From IMG/VR virus record IMGVR_UViG_3300031413_000570: a DNA stretch of 64,000 nucleotides. One strand, 5' to 3'. How positions within the stretch are numbered: position 1 is the stretch's first letter; the number at the start of each line of letters is the position of its first letter. The DNA comes from a virus (taxonomy: Duplodnaviria > Heunggongvirae > Uroviricota > Caudoviricetes). The notes under the pieces are model-generated. The model was not told where the DNA came from and did not search any database. It was given only the letters and a program-made list of their open reading frames with translations. This document shows positions 8,889 through 18,099 of this stretch, piece after piece. A program made the translations under genes and the position numbers.

Positions 8889-10130
8889 TTACATGTTCCA
8901 CAAGGTGTTCTCGTCCTCAGGCTTCACACGGTCCCAAATTTTATGAGACTGAACTACGCTTCCAACAGCGTTGCCGTTGAACTCAAGGTTCATGACGAAA
9001 GCTTTGTTTTCGGCTGGCACAAGAGGTGAGTCTTTCAAAGTGGTAGCAAAAGTCTTGCGGTCGTAACCAGCAGGAAGAGTTGCCTTGAAAGCGCCATGCT
9101 CATCCGTGATTTGGGCAATTTCTTTGTTATACCCAGCAGTGATTTTAGCCTGACGAGTGGATACAAACTCACTGAACTCTTCAGGCATGTTCTCTTTCCA
9201 ACCTGCCATATCTTCACCCATACGCATTTTACGCCAGATAGTTTTGGAAGTCACGCCAGTACGGTTACGGTGGAGTTCAAGATAATCTGCATGCTTATAC
9301 TTCACACGGGTGTCAGTATCGATGTAATGAACGATGAAACCTTCACGGTTTTCTCTTTCAGGAGAGTGAAGAACAGCATCTAAGGAGGAAAAGTCTTTGT
9401 ACTCTTCAGCTCTTTTCCATTTCCATTCTTTGATGTCACGTAACGGAACTGATTTACCAGTTCGTTTGTTAACAGCACCGATGAGATGCAAGTCATCCTC
9501 ATCGCCATAGTTAACCACAACACGGTTCTCTGGGTAGATAATTTCCCACATGTAAGTCAACTTAGGATTTGGCTTCCAGTTTCCTTCGTAACGGTCATGG
9601 TAGAGCTCTGTAGAACGTTTTGCTTGTTCGGATATGAAACTTCCAGAGGTTGCAATGTTGAATTTGCCGTTCTCATCAACATAACCGATTCCTAAGGAAC
9701 CGTCCAGCTTGTCAGTCACGCTAATTCGACCATGCAATTTATCTCTGGGAACTGATGGTTCGTTGTGGTTGAAGAACTTAGCAAATGGACGAGCGACAAT
9801 CTCGCCTGTCTCCTCGTTGAAAATGACACCACGAGAAGCTAAGGTCACGTCATCCCAGTCAGAAGCGAACTGAGTTGTCCGGGAATACTTGTAAGTCACA
9901 TAAGGATGCTCAGGGTGGCGGCTGCACTCAATGCGACCATCATCGTAAGCTTTCTGGAAAGCTGACAGAGGAGGCAGTTCATTAGCTGGAGCAACAGTCT
10001 CAGCAGCTGTTTCTACTTGCTTGAAAAAAGCGACTTTCTCTGTATTTTCGCGGCCTCTGATCGAACAGTCTTTGGTCCAGCAGTTTGTACCATCGTTGTG
10101 ATAGTACGGAGGTTTTCTTGTATTTGACAT
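8889..10130 (-). CDS. ATP-dependent RNA ligase (nucleotidyltransferase superfamily), paralog 1
   Basis: Motif I KLDGSLG, preceded by SRGVIFNEETGEIVARPFAKFFNHNE. Globally similar to the ORF at 23550..24671. T4 RnlA-like context together with pnk. Confidence 0.65.
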   Translation of the reverse strand: MSNTRKPPYYHNDGTNCWTKDCSIRGRENTEKVAFFKQVETAAETVAPANELPPLSAFQKAYDDGRIECSRHPEHPYVTYKYSRTTQFASDWDDVTLASRGVIFNEETGEIVARPFAKFFNHNEPSVPRDKLHGRISVTDKLDGSLGIGYVDENGKFNIATSGSFISEQAKRSTELYHDRYEGNWKPNPKLTYMWEIIYPENRVVVNYGDEDDLHLIGAVNKRTGKSVPLRDIKEWKWKRAEEYKDFSSLDAVLHSPERENREGFIVHYIDTDTRVKYKHADYLELHRNRTGVTSKTIWRKMRMGEDMAGWKENMPEEFSEFVSTRQAKITAGYNKEIAQITDEHGAFKATLPAGYDRKTFATTLKDSPLVPAENKAFVMNLEFNGNAVGSVVQSHKIWDRVKPEDENTLWNM

Positions 10131-10171
10131 GCCCTATTACTAACAAAGAAACAGGCAACAGAATACAAAAA

Positions 10172-10215
10172 ATTGAGGGACCTGCACTTTAGTTGCAAGT
10201 GCAGGTCCCTCAATG
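10172..10215 (-). terminator. stem-loop (TTGAGGGACCTGCACTT ... AAGTGCAGGTCCCTCAA), probable intrinsic terminator after gene 10224..11105
   Basis: 17-bp perfect stem seen in the sequence. Confidence 0.5.
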
Positions 10216-10223
10216 ATACAAAA

Positions 10224-11105
10224 TCAGAAGTTCAGGCTATCTTCCCAAAAACGACGAGGCACCAAGTAAGTGACAACTCGTTCGTAACGCTCAGCGTTTT
10301 TGTTCAGCCACAGCACGCCACGAGGGTTCTCATGAGGAATGCCTGCATGCTCTTTCATCATGTAAGAAGCAATCTCAGGAAGGGTGTCGCCAATGAAACC
10401 TGTAGTGTGTTCAGCGTCAACACCAACTCGCCAGAAGAAGTTCTCATAATGAGTGTCCTCTGGAAGCTCTTCCTGGAATGTCGAGAAAGAAAGAGCGTAA
10501 ACTTCGAACTTGCGTGTGTCAACATGGGCCAAGAAACTTGCAACCACCTCATCCTGGTCTTCGATATCACCAATACTGTTCACCAAAACAAGCACAGGGC
10601 GACCAGCAGCAACATCAGCATCATACTGACTCCAAATGGAATCCATGTTAGGCTCATCTCCTGAGTCGATACGAACCACTTTGTCAGTACGCAGGTAGTT
10701 CGCAGCACCATACATGTCAGCTGGGGCGTTCACAGCATAGATTCGAGTGTTCGTAGCGTAAGCCCAGAGAAGATAGTTTCTGACGAAGTTCAGAACACCT
10801 GAACCGTCTTTACCTGCAATGGTGAGGTTCTTGTGTACACCCAGGTCAGCTCGGGAAGGGTGACCATCTGTTCTAACACCGAATGAACCTACCTGGGAGA
10901 GGTTGTTCAGGGGAACCGTCGACTTGACAAATTCTACTCGTCCCTGGTCTTCAAGAAGAGCTCGAACAGCTTTATCCTCGTCAGAACCTCGCGTGAGGGC
11001 AAAGCTAAGAGGAGAAGAGAAGTCTGAAGATGATGAACTCATAAGAGTCAAATCTTTCACTGCGTCGTATGAGACCTCAGCTCTAAAACCTAAATTTGTA
11101 GTCAT
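10224..11105 (-). CDS. hypothetical protein (293 aa)
   Basis: Complete ORF. Contains GKDGSGV but no confident family assignment. Confidence 0.45.
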   Translation of the reverse strand: MTTNLGFRAEVSYDAVKDLTLMSSSSSDFSSPLSFALTRGSDEDKAVRALLEDQGRVEFVKSTVPLNNLSQVGSFGVRTDGHPSRADLGVHKNLTIAGKDGSGVLNFVRNYLLWAYATNTRIYAVNAPADMYGAANYLRTDKVVRIDSGDEPNMDSIWSQYDADVAAGRPVLVLVNSIGDIEDQDEVVASFLAHVDTRKFEVYALSFSTFQEELPEDTHYENFFWRVGVDAEHTTGFIGDTLPEIASYMMKEHAGIPHENPRGVLWLNKNAERYERVVTYLVPRRFWEDSLNF

Positions 11106-11185
11106 AATGGAACCCTTTCAGTGAACTGTGTGATGCTGCGTTGTATGTTACTCAAGTTTACCACAGAACGCGTTATTCAGCAACA

Positions 11186-11231
11186 AAATAGGGTCAAAAT
11201 CCTTGATTTTATCAGGATTTTGACCCTATTT
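11186..11231 (-). terminator. long hairpin (AAATAGGGTCAAAATCCTTGAT / ATCAGGATTTTGACCCTATTT)
   Basis: Stem of about 21 bp with one bulge, downstream of the small ORF 11237..11440. Confidence 0.45.
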
Positions 11232-11236
11232 ACGGT

Positions 11237-11440
11237 TCACATTTCGTCGTTACGGATGTCCTTTTTGACGCTCTGCTTCTCCTTCTTGCGGAGAGCTCGG
11301 CGCCAACCTCGACCGCCAGTTGCAGCTCCAGTGCGACGCTTGCCTTTGAAGTGTCGGTGCTGCCAGAAACCATCATCGAACATAGTGCTGTCAACGTTGT
11401 TCACGGCACGGTTCTTGTTGGAAGCCATCATTCCAGGCAT
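11237..11440 (-). CDS. small basic protein (67 aa), hypothetical
   Basis: GAGG about 8 nt upstream of the ATG. Highly basic, Lys/Arg-rich. Followed by a hairpin. The overlapping plus ORF 11121..11444 is judged spurious. Confidence 0.3.
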   Translation of the reverse strand: MPGMMASNKNRAVNNVDSTMFDDGFWQHRHFKGKRRTGAATGGRGWRRALRKKEKQSVKKDIRNDEM

Positions 11441-11541
11441 ATAACCTCAATCTGCTGTTCGGTTCGTATAGTAACAACAGTATCGGATAAATGGTGAGAT
11501 GTCAAGAAGCTGCTGGTCCATCAAGCTGTTAGAAATGAAGC

Positions 11542-12513
11542 ATGTGTTACCCAAAACCTGGTCCCCGTTGTTCAGCTCATGCTGCAGCTACTTTCGCTAA
11601 AGCTCATCAAGCAGTCCTCAGTGCCTTCATGGACAACCGTAAAGACCCAGAGCTTGAGAAGCTGATAGCGGTAAGAAAAAAAGCTGAAGCGGAGTACAAG
11701 CTGACACCAGCTTATCTAAAGTCTCTGGAAAGACAGATCAAAAAGAACCCAACGCAAGAATGGCATGCGGAAGAGTATGAAACACTTTCTCAAGAACGTT
11801 CCCGAAGATTAGCTGCTGTTGCGGATCGCAAAGTCATCACCCACAGAAAAGCGCAGAAGGCTGCTTACACTTCACCAAAGTTTTTCAAAACTGGTGACAC
11901 CCTCGAAGAGATGCATTACAAACATGCTGATTTGTTGAACAGTATGGCAGATTCCCAAAACTGGAGTGCCAAACTGGATGATACTGAAATAGCTACTCTT
12001 CGCTGGTATTCAGAAGATGGTTATGCTGACATCAACGGTCATCTTTCAGCTTCGAAGAACCCGTACGCAAAAAACGTTGCACCTGAAACGTTGGATGCAG
12101 CTGTAACCATTCTGGATGATGCTTTCGCTAAACACGAACCAGCAGAAGAAGGTGTGATGGTTTACCGCCGGCACCATCTATATGATGAAAAAGGTTACCA
12201 TTCAAGTGATGATGCTCAGAATCTTGACAAACATTTCCCTGTTGGTAGCACATACGAACCTAAGTTCTTCATGTCGACAAGTTTGAATCCTCAGGACTTA
12301 CCTTCTAAAGACAACATCAATGTTTCTCTACAGATTCTTACAAAAAGTGGTGCTCCAATCACAGCTATCTCATCGCAAGGTCCAAGAGAGTATGAGTTCA
12401 TCATTCCTCGCGGTGCAAAATTCGAAGTTGTTGCTAATGATGTGAAAGTCAAAAGGGTCAATAAAAAAGGTGAAGCAACTGAACTGACAATTGTGCAGCT
12501 GCGAGAAATTTAA
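11542..12513 (+). CDS. mono-ADP-ribosyltransferase (R-S-ExE class) with N-terminal C-x7-C-x2-H motif
   Basis: Catalytic triad elements VYRRH (Arg), FMSTSLNP (STS) and REYEFIIPRG (ExE). N-terminus MCYPKPGPRCSAHAA. Architecture similar to T4 Alt and toxin ARTs. Confidence 0.75.
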   Translation: MCYPKPGPRCSAHAAATFAKAHQAVLSAFMDNRKDPELEKLIAVRKKAEAEYKLTPAYLKSLERQIKKNPTQEWHAEEYETLSQERSRRLAAVADRKVITHRKAQKAAYTSPKFFKTGDTLEEMHYKHADLLNSMADSQNWSAKLDDTEIATLRWYSEDGYADINGHLSASKNPYAKNVAPETLDAAVTILDDAFAKHEPAEEGVMVYRRHHLYDEKGYHSSDDAQNLDKHFPVGSTYEPKFFMSTSLNPQDLPSKDNINVSLQILTKSGAPITAISSQGPREYEFIIPRGAKFEVVANDVKVKRVNKKGEATELTIVQLREI

Positions 12514-12518
12514 ACAGG

Positions 12519-12553
12519 TAAAGCCCCGAATCAAGTTACGATTCGGGGCTTTA
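12519..12553. terminator. bidirectional hairpin AAAGCCCCGAATC-loop-GATTCGGGGCTTT between convergent genes
   Basis: 13-bp GC-rich stem flanked by A/T runs on both sides. Confidence 0.6.
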
Positions 12554-12564
12554 CTCATGTTGGC

Positions 12565-13470
12565 TTAGAAGTCTCCGTAGTCAACCTGGAATACAGGAAG
12601 ACCCAGCTCACGACGATAAGCGTCGACAACCTGGTTCCGGTCATCCAAAGCTAACAGGATGTTGAAACGTTCCCGAATATGGGCATCAAAAAGTTCACGC
12701 TTGATGATGTTGTCTTTACGGTAGTCGTTATGAGGTCTCATGTAGATTTCGTCCACAGGAACACCAGCTACTTCCAGAGAAAGCAACGTGTCTGCCTTGC
12801 AGACTTCATCTCGACCAGACATAACAACAACTTTGTAGCCCTGAGCATGCAGAGCTTTCACTGTTTCAACAACAGGCGGGTTAGGCTCGTCGTCAATGAC
12901 TTTGTGCCAGTCAAACGGTCCACGATGTGAACCCATCTTCATGGCCGTACCGTCAACATCCAAAAGGATAGCTTTAGGCAGAGTCTCATCAGGAACATAG
13001 ATTCCTGCTGCAGCTGCTTCGTAGTCAAGTACAGGGAACGGAGGGAACTTACCGCTCTGGATGTAACGCTTGAATGTTGTTTCAATCACCTGTGCAGGAA
13101 CTTTACGCTCACGAGCAGCGTTACGGGCAAGAGCTGTCTCAAGCTCAACAGGGAAGTCCTGATGGACGACAGGAACGTTAGCTTTCTCCGCGATAAGGAG
13201 ATACTCTTTGACGTACTTGGCTTTCAAATTCACATTGTCAACGACAACACTTTTGCGTGCAGCAAGAAGAGCGGTGATGATGGCATGCTCCACTTTGGTA
13301 ACAGCGACTTCAAGCTCCTGAGGAAGCTCGTAGGAGCTGAACTGGCTGAGACGAATGTCATCACGGTTCACACGGGCACGGTTTAACGGGTCCTGGTTCA
13401 CCCAGCGGATGGCTTCTGTAGATTTACCGGAGCCCTGTACTCCCCGGTGAATCCGCATTATCTGTGACAT
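12565..13470 (-). CDS. pnk: polynucleotide 5'-kinase / 3'-phosphatase (T4 Pnk-like)
   Basis: N-terminal P-loop kinase GVQGSGKST. C-terminal HAD phosphatase motif LLDVDGT. ATG start chosen at MSQIM, with AGGAA 5 nt upstream. The track ORF begins at a TTG at 13497. Confidence 0.8.
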   Translation of the reverse strand: MSQIMRIHRGVQGSGKSTEAIRWVNQDPLNRARVNRDDIRLSQFSSYELPQELEVAVTKVEHAIITALLAARKSVVVDNVNLKAKYVKEYLLIAEKANVPVVHQDFPVELETALARNAARERKVPAQVIETTFKRYIQSGKFPPFPVLDYEAAAAGIYVPDETLPKAILLDVDGTAMKMGSHRGPFDWHKVIDDEPNPPVVETVKALHAQGYKVVVMSGRDEVCKADTLLSLEVAGVPVDEIYMRPHNDYRKDNIIKRELFDAHIRERFNILLALDDRNQVVDAYRRELGLPVFQVDYGDF

Positions 13471-13604
13471 TTTGTTTCCTAACTTAAGATACTCCAACTT
13501 ACCATGAAATCCGGCCAGCTGTCAAATACTATGTGCATTAGCTGTTGATGATAGAATTCTTTGACCGCTCATAAAGCTGACAACGATTAAGGAACATTAG
13601 CATC

Positions 13605-14093
13605 ATGCCCAACGACATCAAACTGGAAGACCTAACTGGTTGGTTACCTCCTCATGATCTATCTGGGTATGAGAACTTCAACTTCTGGTTCCTACTCATC
13701 CCAGCAGGGTTGCTCATCCTGGGTATGATTATCCCTGCTATTAGACAACTTCCTGTGATTCTGACTTGGCTTTTCACTATACTCCTTGTAGGAGCTGCTG
13801 GTTTCAGCTTCTGGCACATCTCATTCTTTCAACCTCAACAGAAAGTAGCTGCCTCAGAAGAAAGCTATTTGAAATGGTTTGACAAGAACTACTCTTATCT
13901 TGACCTCACAAAAGAAGAATCGCTTGAGATGCTTCACAATCAGAACGGTTTCTTAGATGAAGATGCAAAACGTAACTACATTCTGGAAACCAGTACTGAT
14001 AAAACTGACAAGCTCTACGTTTACTACCTGTCAGCAAAAACAGAATACGCTTACCGTGTAGCACCTCAAGATGTTGAGAAGTTTGACGGCTAA
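13605..14093 (+). CDS. membrane protein, hypothetical (three predicted transmembrane helices)
   Basis: Hydrophobic segments FWFLLIPAGLLILGMIIPAI and ILTWLFTILLVGAAGFSFW. Confidence 0.45.
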   Translation: MPNDIKLEDLTGWLPPHDLSGYENFNFWFLLIPAGLLILGMIIPAIRQLPVILTWLFTILLVGAAGFSFWHISFFQPQQKVAASEESYLKWFDKNYSYLDLTKEESLEMLHNQNGFLDEDAKRNYILETSTDKTDKLYVYYLSAKTEYAYRVAPQDVEKFDG

Positions 14094-14094
14094 A

Positions 14095-14751
14095 TCACAT
14101 TGAAGTATCCGCTGGGTCACGCCACCATGTTGGTAAAGTGACACAGCGGATTTTCTTTTTGTCCGCCAACTTCACAGTGTTAGGTCGGATGTCTAAAGCG
14201 GCGATAATGCCAGTAGTCTGAGCAAACTCAGGGTCTTCTTTCATCGACTCGACATAACGTTGTGTTTGACTCACACTGTTAATCATGGCCACTCGTTTCA
14301 CTTCTACAGCCACAGGATTACCTTCAGGGTCAGTGACCAGCAAATCAACAGCTCCTGCCCCTGTCTGATACTCTCTTTGAACAAACGTGTACCCTTCGCC
14401 TAAAGCTTCAGGGTTCTCTGCTAACCAAGCCTGCAACTGTTTCTCTGTCCCGTCACGGATCAATCCTTCATCGTTTCGGTCGAGGAGAAAGTCGGTGTCA
14501 GAAATTACTTCATGCAAGGTAATGCGGAGGCTTTCTTGCCTTGTGTCAAAAAACCACAGTTTATAATCTTCGAATTCAACTTCTGACAGCTCATTACCTT
14601 TGCCCATGTAGTTCAAAGGTTTGTTGCTTTTGTCGTTATGCACCGAAATGGAACCGTCATCTTTGACAATGATCGCTCGCACTGCTCGGGGAAGACGGGT
14701 ATCTCCTCTTCCTGTGTAAATGACTGAACAATCAGCTACTACTATTCTCAT
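14095..14751 (-). CDS. nucS: endonuclease NucS (EndoMS) homolog
   Basis: N-terminus MRIVVADCSVIYTGRGDTRLP matches the NucS N-terminal domain. C-terminal PD-(D/E)xK motif is AVDLLVTDPEGNPVAVEVK. 218 aa. Confidence 0.7.
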   Translation of the reverse strand: MRIVVADCSVIYTGRGDTRLPRAVRAIIVKDDGSISVHNDKSNKPLNYMGKGNELSEVEFEDYKLWFFDTRQESLRITLHEVISDTDFLLDRNDEGLIRDGTEKQLQAWLAENPEALGEGYTFVQREYQTGAGAVDLLVTDPEGNPVAVEVKRVAMINSVSQTQRYVESMKEDPEFAQTTGIIAALDIRPNTVKLADKKKIRCVTLPTWWRDPADTSM

Positions 14752-14809
14752 GGTTCCAAATCTGGTTGGGCAGAGTTTCAGTCTACCGGAAGTCTATTTT
14801 TTACTATCG

Positions 14810-15619
14810 TCAGCAGTGTTTGAAGGATGCTTGTAGAGGGTAATGGTCACTGCCTTTGTCCTCTATCAAAGTCTCTGTGCGAAGAATGTCACCCGCTGGA
14901 AAATTGGAGAGTATGTGGTCAATGATGTAGTCACCGTTAGCAGCTGTTTCTTCCACATAACCATGGTAACTGTTGTACTGACCGTTCACGTTTTCGTTAG
15001 CAGTTTTCTTCGCACAGGTGAACCCCATGACAGTTGGGGAGACAGAGTTGAAATCTCCAACAATGATTGCAGGATTGTTTTCTGGGTTAACTTCCTGAGC
15101 AAATTCGTGCAAGGCTATCAGACCTTTTACCTGCACTGCTGCATATCTGGCAATAAGTTCTTCATCTGTTAGCTCAATAGGAACATGCTGCTGATGAAGA
15201 TTGAAGAAATGAATCAAATCACCTGAAACATGCTCTAGCAGCACATGAGTGCTGTATCTGTTTTCAATATTAGGAAGCTCCTGCTGCTCTTCAGTAGTCC
15301 CTGTGGTGAGTAGCCTTACATGGCTTTGTTTGAGTTCAAATTTGTCAGCTTTCCAGAAGATAGGATTCCTTTGATGGAACTCATCGTCGTATTCGCTGAA
15401 GTCGTTATGGGAAGGTTCGTAACCGTCGAATCCGTTGTTGCGTAGTTGGTTTGAAACTTCTGGCCCTTGAACGTCTACATATGACACTTCTTGCAGACCG
15501 AACAGATCACCTAAAGTTGGCAAGGTTGCCAACAGCTCTTCTTTCCTTCCCTCCCAGCCATGGAATTCAGCTTTAGCGGCAGGTACTTGGATGTTGTATG
15601 AAGCAATAGTGAGAGTCAC
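14810..15619 (-). CDS. endonuclease/exonuclease/phosphatase (EEP) family protein
   Basis: EEP motifs SYNIQ (N-terminal), GDFN and SDHYPL (C-terminal). Confidence 0.65.
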   Translation of the reverse strand: MTLTIASYNIQVPAAKAEFHGWEGRKEELLATLPTLGDLFGLQEVSYVDVQGPEVSNQLRNNGFDGYEPSHNDFSEYDDEFHQRNPIFWKADKFELKQSHVRLLTTGTTEEQQELPNIENRYSTHVLLEHVSGDLIHFFNLHQQHVPIELTDEELIARYAAVQVKGLIALHEFAQEVNPENNPAIIVGDFNSVSPTVMGFTCAKKTANENVNGQYNSYHGYVEETAANGDYIIDHILSNFPAGDILRTETLIEDKGSDHYPLQASFKHC

Positions 15620-16137
15620 AGGGTTTCTAACATTCTTGTTTGTCGTTCAGAAGTTGTGTTCTTTGCTGAGTCAGCATACGCTGGTTTGCCGGCTTTTACC
15701 CGCCTGGCAGCTGCTTGAGCTTCTTTGTCGGCTTTGTTGTTCAAAGTGTCAGAGGCATGGCCTTTCACCCATTCGAATGTTGTTACAAGGTTTTTCTTTT
15801 TCCTGATTCTAAGAGCTTCGTAAAGAGCTTTCACATGGGTGAGGTTACTGACTGCTTTTGTCTGCTGGGTGTCACGCCACCAACCATTTTTCTTCCAAGT
15901 GAACATCCATTTGGTTGAAATGTCCATAGCGTAACGTGAGTCAATTTTGATGTGAAGGTCAGTGTTAGGGAAAGCATAAAGAACAGACAGTAACCCAATC
16001 AGTTCAGCTACCTGGTTTGTCCCGGTGGGTAAACCGTTTGCCTGCCAGCGTCCTTTGTTGTCCGCCCAGGACCACCCGATTGCACCGCCTGGATTTTTTA
16101 GGCATGAACCATCACAGGCAACTACAAGTTTATTCAT
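15616..16137 (-). CDS. rnhA: ribonuclease HI
   Basis: CDGSC..NPG, TNQVAEL, DSRY and VKGHASDTLNNKAD carry the D-E-D-D catalytic residues in canonical order. Confidence 0.85.
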   Translation of the reverse strand: MNKLVVACDGSCLKNPGGAIGWSWADNKGRWQANGLPTGTNQVAELIGLLSVLYAFPNTDLHIKIDSRYAMDISTKWMFTWKKNGWWRDTQQTKAVSNLTHVKALYEALRIRKKKNLVTTFEWVKGHASDTLNNKADKEAQAAARRVKAGKPAYADSAKNTTSERQTRMLETL

Positions 16138-16156
16138 GTCGACCTATATCGGATTC

Positions 16157-16609
16157 TTAGAACCGCACGTTACAAACGTACACTTCTCCATCGATAAACA
16201 TTTCGTTACGCTCATCATTCTCCAGCTGAGAAACCAAAGCGTCCCAGTCAGTAGAAGAAAGAAGGTTGGAGGACACTTCAGATTTGAGTAACTCTTTCAC
16301 TTCTTCACCAGAGGTTCCTGCTCTAAAGAAGAACCATCCTTGTTCGTCAGATAGTGAGTACAAGCTAATCTGAATGTTTTTCGCAAAAAGTAGCCAGTTC
16401 TCTATAGTGTCTGGTTGAGGTTCTTCTTCTGCGTAGAAACTACCTTGGAAGTTATCAAGTCCTGCGTTCAGTACGATAAGCCAAATACGTTCATCATCAG
16501 TAACTGGCTTGCCAGCTTCCAAAGAACTGATTAGCCTTTTCAGCTCAGGATAAAAGCTTTGGACTGTGAAACTTTCTTTCAAGTCAAGAGTTGGAGTCAT
16601 GTTTACCAT
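16157..16609 (-). CDS. hypothetical protein (150 aa, acidic)
   Basis: Complete ORF. No motif recognised. Confidence 0.45.
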   Translation of the reverse strand: MVNMTPTLDLKESFTVQSFYPELKRLISSLEAGKPVTDDERIWLIVLNAGLDNFQGSFYAEEEPQPDTIENWLLFAKNIQISLYSLSDEQGWFFFRAGTSGEEVKELLKSEVSSNLLSSTDWDALVSQLENDERNEMFIDGEVYVCNVRF

Positions 16610-17022
16610 GTGAGTTCGCTGAAAGCCAGCGTTCCTTTCTTAGCGTGTGTTTCAACAGTGTTTACCCATGTGTCATAATGCTGAATCAAAGGGAAAGGTA
16701 ATTCAGGACTAAATTGACGTGCAGTGTAGTCGTACACGGTGAGTTCTTCTGAAACAGGATCGGTGATACCTACTGCTACATGCCACCACACTTCACTCCC
16801 GGTAAGAGCTTCAACACTTACCAGCTCAGCGTTTTCAAGTAGCCTTGAGTTAAGGATGGTTCTGGAAACATCTTCACAATGTCCAACAGCTGCATAACTG
16901 TCATCCATTTGAGCAATACTGTAACTGTCGCCTGCAATGTCAGTGAATTGCAGTTGAATGATCTTGCGATGAGTGATTATACCTTCAGGGAGCATGCAAT
17001 GATTATAGCTTGTTTTCTTCAT
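16603..17022 (-). CDS. hypothetical protein (139 aa)
   Basis: Complete ORF overlapping the downstream gene by 7 nt. Confidence 0.45.
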   Translation of the reverse strand: MKKTSYNHCMLPEGIITHRKIIQLQFTDIAGDSYSIAQMDDSYAAVGHCEDVSRTILNSRLLENAELVSVEALTGSEVWWHVAVGITDPVSEELTVYDYTARQFSPELPFPLIQHYDTWVNTVETHAKKGTLAFSELTW

Positions 17023-17037
17023 GTCAGCAATTTAACC

Positions 17038-17071
17038 AATTGCGCCGCCTCAGTGAGAAGGCGGCGCAATA
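17038..17071 (-). terminator. GC-rich hairpin ATTGCGCCGCCT-loop-AAGGCGGCGCAAT
   Basis: Perfect 12-bp stem downstream of gene 17117..17905. Confidence 0.45.
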
Positions 17072-17116
17072 AAGGAGTTAGATAACACAGTTTTACCTGC
17101 ACTACTATATCTAACG

Positions 17117-17905
17117 TCAGTTGATTTCTGAGGAGTTATTAGTCGACTTTTTCGATGTCATTAAGCAGTTCTCTTTGTCCCAATCCAAAGCAATCTTTTG
17201 ACCATAGTCTCCGAACCTATTTTTGCGAACGACTAAGTTAACACCCTCTCCTTCAACATGAGAGGTAAGCACTACATCCGAGTTTTGAACCAAATCAGAA
17301 GAATGTCTGAAATGGGCTTTTTCGTGTGCAGATTGTGTACTCAAATGAGTAAGAAGAAGCACTGGAAGGTTCAGCTCAATCGCCATTTTTTTGATTTGAG
17401 CAGACATAGCAGCTGCTTCTTGGACCGTAGGCAATCCAGGAGTCAGAAAATCAAAAGAGTCAATAACAATGAGCTCGACATCAGATTCATCTTTGATGTC
17501 ATGTACTGATGACACCATACCTTTCAAAGAGCCTACCAAGTTACCAAACTGTTCTCGCCCGATGTAGATGAAAATAAGGTCAGAAGAATCGTCATCCTGC
17601 TTACTGTCTAAAGTGCGAAATTCTTGTCCATAGATTTCCGAGGAAACATACAAAGCTCTTTTATTTTTGGCACCTTCTGCGATGCTGATAGCTGTGCTTG
17701 TGGCACCTCCTCCTGGTCCAGAGCCAAGAAGAGTAACTGAACCTTTTCTTAGTCCACCGTCCAAAACTTTATTGAGTTCAGACCATGGAGTAGGAAACTT
17801 GTCAGAGGTTCCATAAAGCTGGCGGGAAGCTTCGAGGTACGGTTCACCAGTGTGCTTCATTCGTTCACGAATGGCTTTTTTCTGGAAACTGTTTGTAGTC
17901 ATCAT
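17117..17905 (-). CDS. RecA-superfamily ATPase (DnaB C-terminal / KaiC / RadA-like)
   Basis: P-loop-like LLGSGPGGGATS followed by the hydrophobic-D motif LIVIDSFD, typical of the RecA fold. 262 aa. Confidence 0.5.
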   Translation of the reverse strand: MMTTNSFQKKAIRERMKHTGEPYLEASRQLYGTSDKFPTPWSELNKVLDGGLRKGSVTLLGSGPGGGATSTAISIAEGAKNKRALYVSSEIYGQEFRTLDSKQDDDSSDLIFIYIGREQFGNLVGSLKGMVSSVHDIKDESDVELIVIDSFDFLTPGLPTVQEAAAMSAQIKKMAIELNLPVLLLTHLSTQSAHEKAHFRHSSDLVQNSDVVLTSHVEGEGVNLVVRKNRFGDYGQKIALDWDKENCLMTSKKSTNNSSEIN

Positions 17906-18099
17906 TTACCTATTTTCTGACAGTCAACCTACGCTCAACCGTCAAATAGAATGATGGTGAGATAACAGAATCCTCGGGACCTTGCTCTCAACAGCGAAAC
18001 CGCGTAGGAGTAATCACTTGAGACGGGCGACTGTTATCGCCAACTGAGACAAGTCTACCATCTTTACTCCACTCTGACAACTTTTTGGTATGTTGTTCG

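Noticed and set aside
11121-11444. 107-aa plus-strand ORF overlapping the small basic minus-strand ORF
   Set aside because: No ribosome-binding site. The composition is driven by the antisense of a Lys/Arg-rich frame. The minus ORF has a GAGG ribosome-binding site and a downstream hairpin.
13540-13604. Sigma70-like promoter in the divergent region between pnk and 13605..14093 (TTGACC ... )
   Set aside because: No -10 hexamer at acceptable spacing could be matched, so it is left uncalled.
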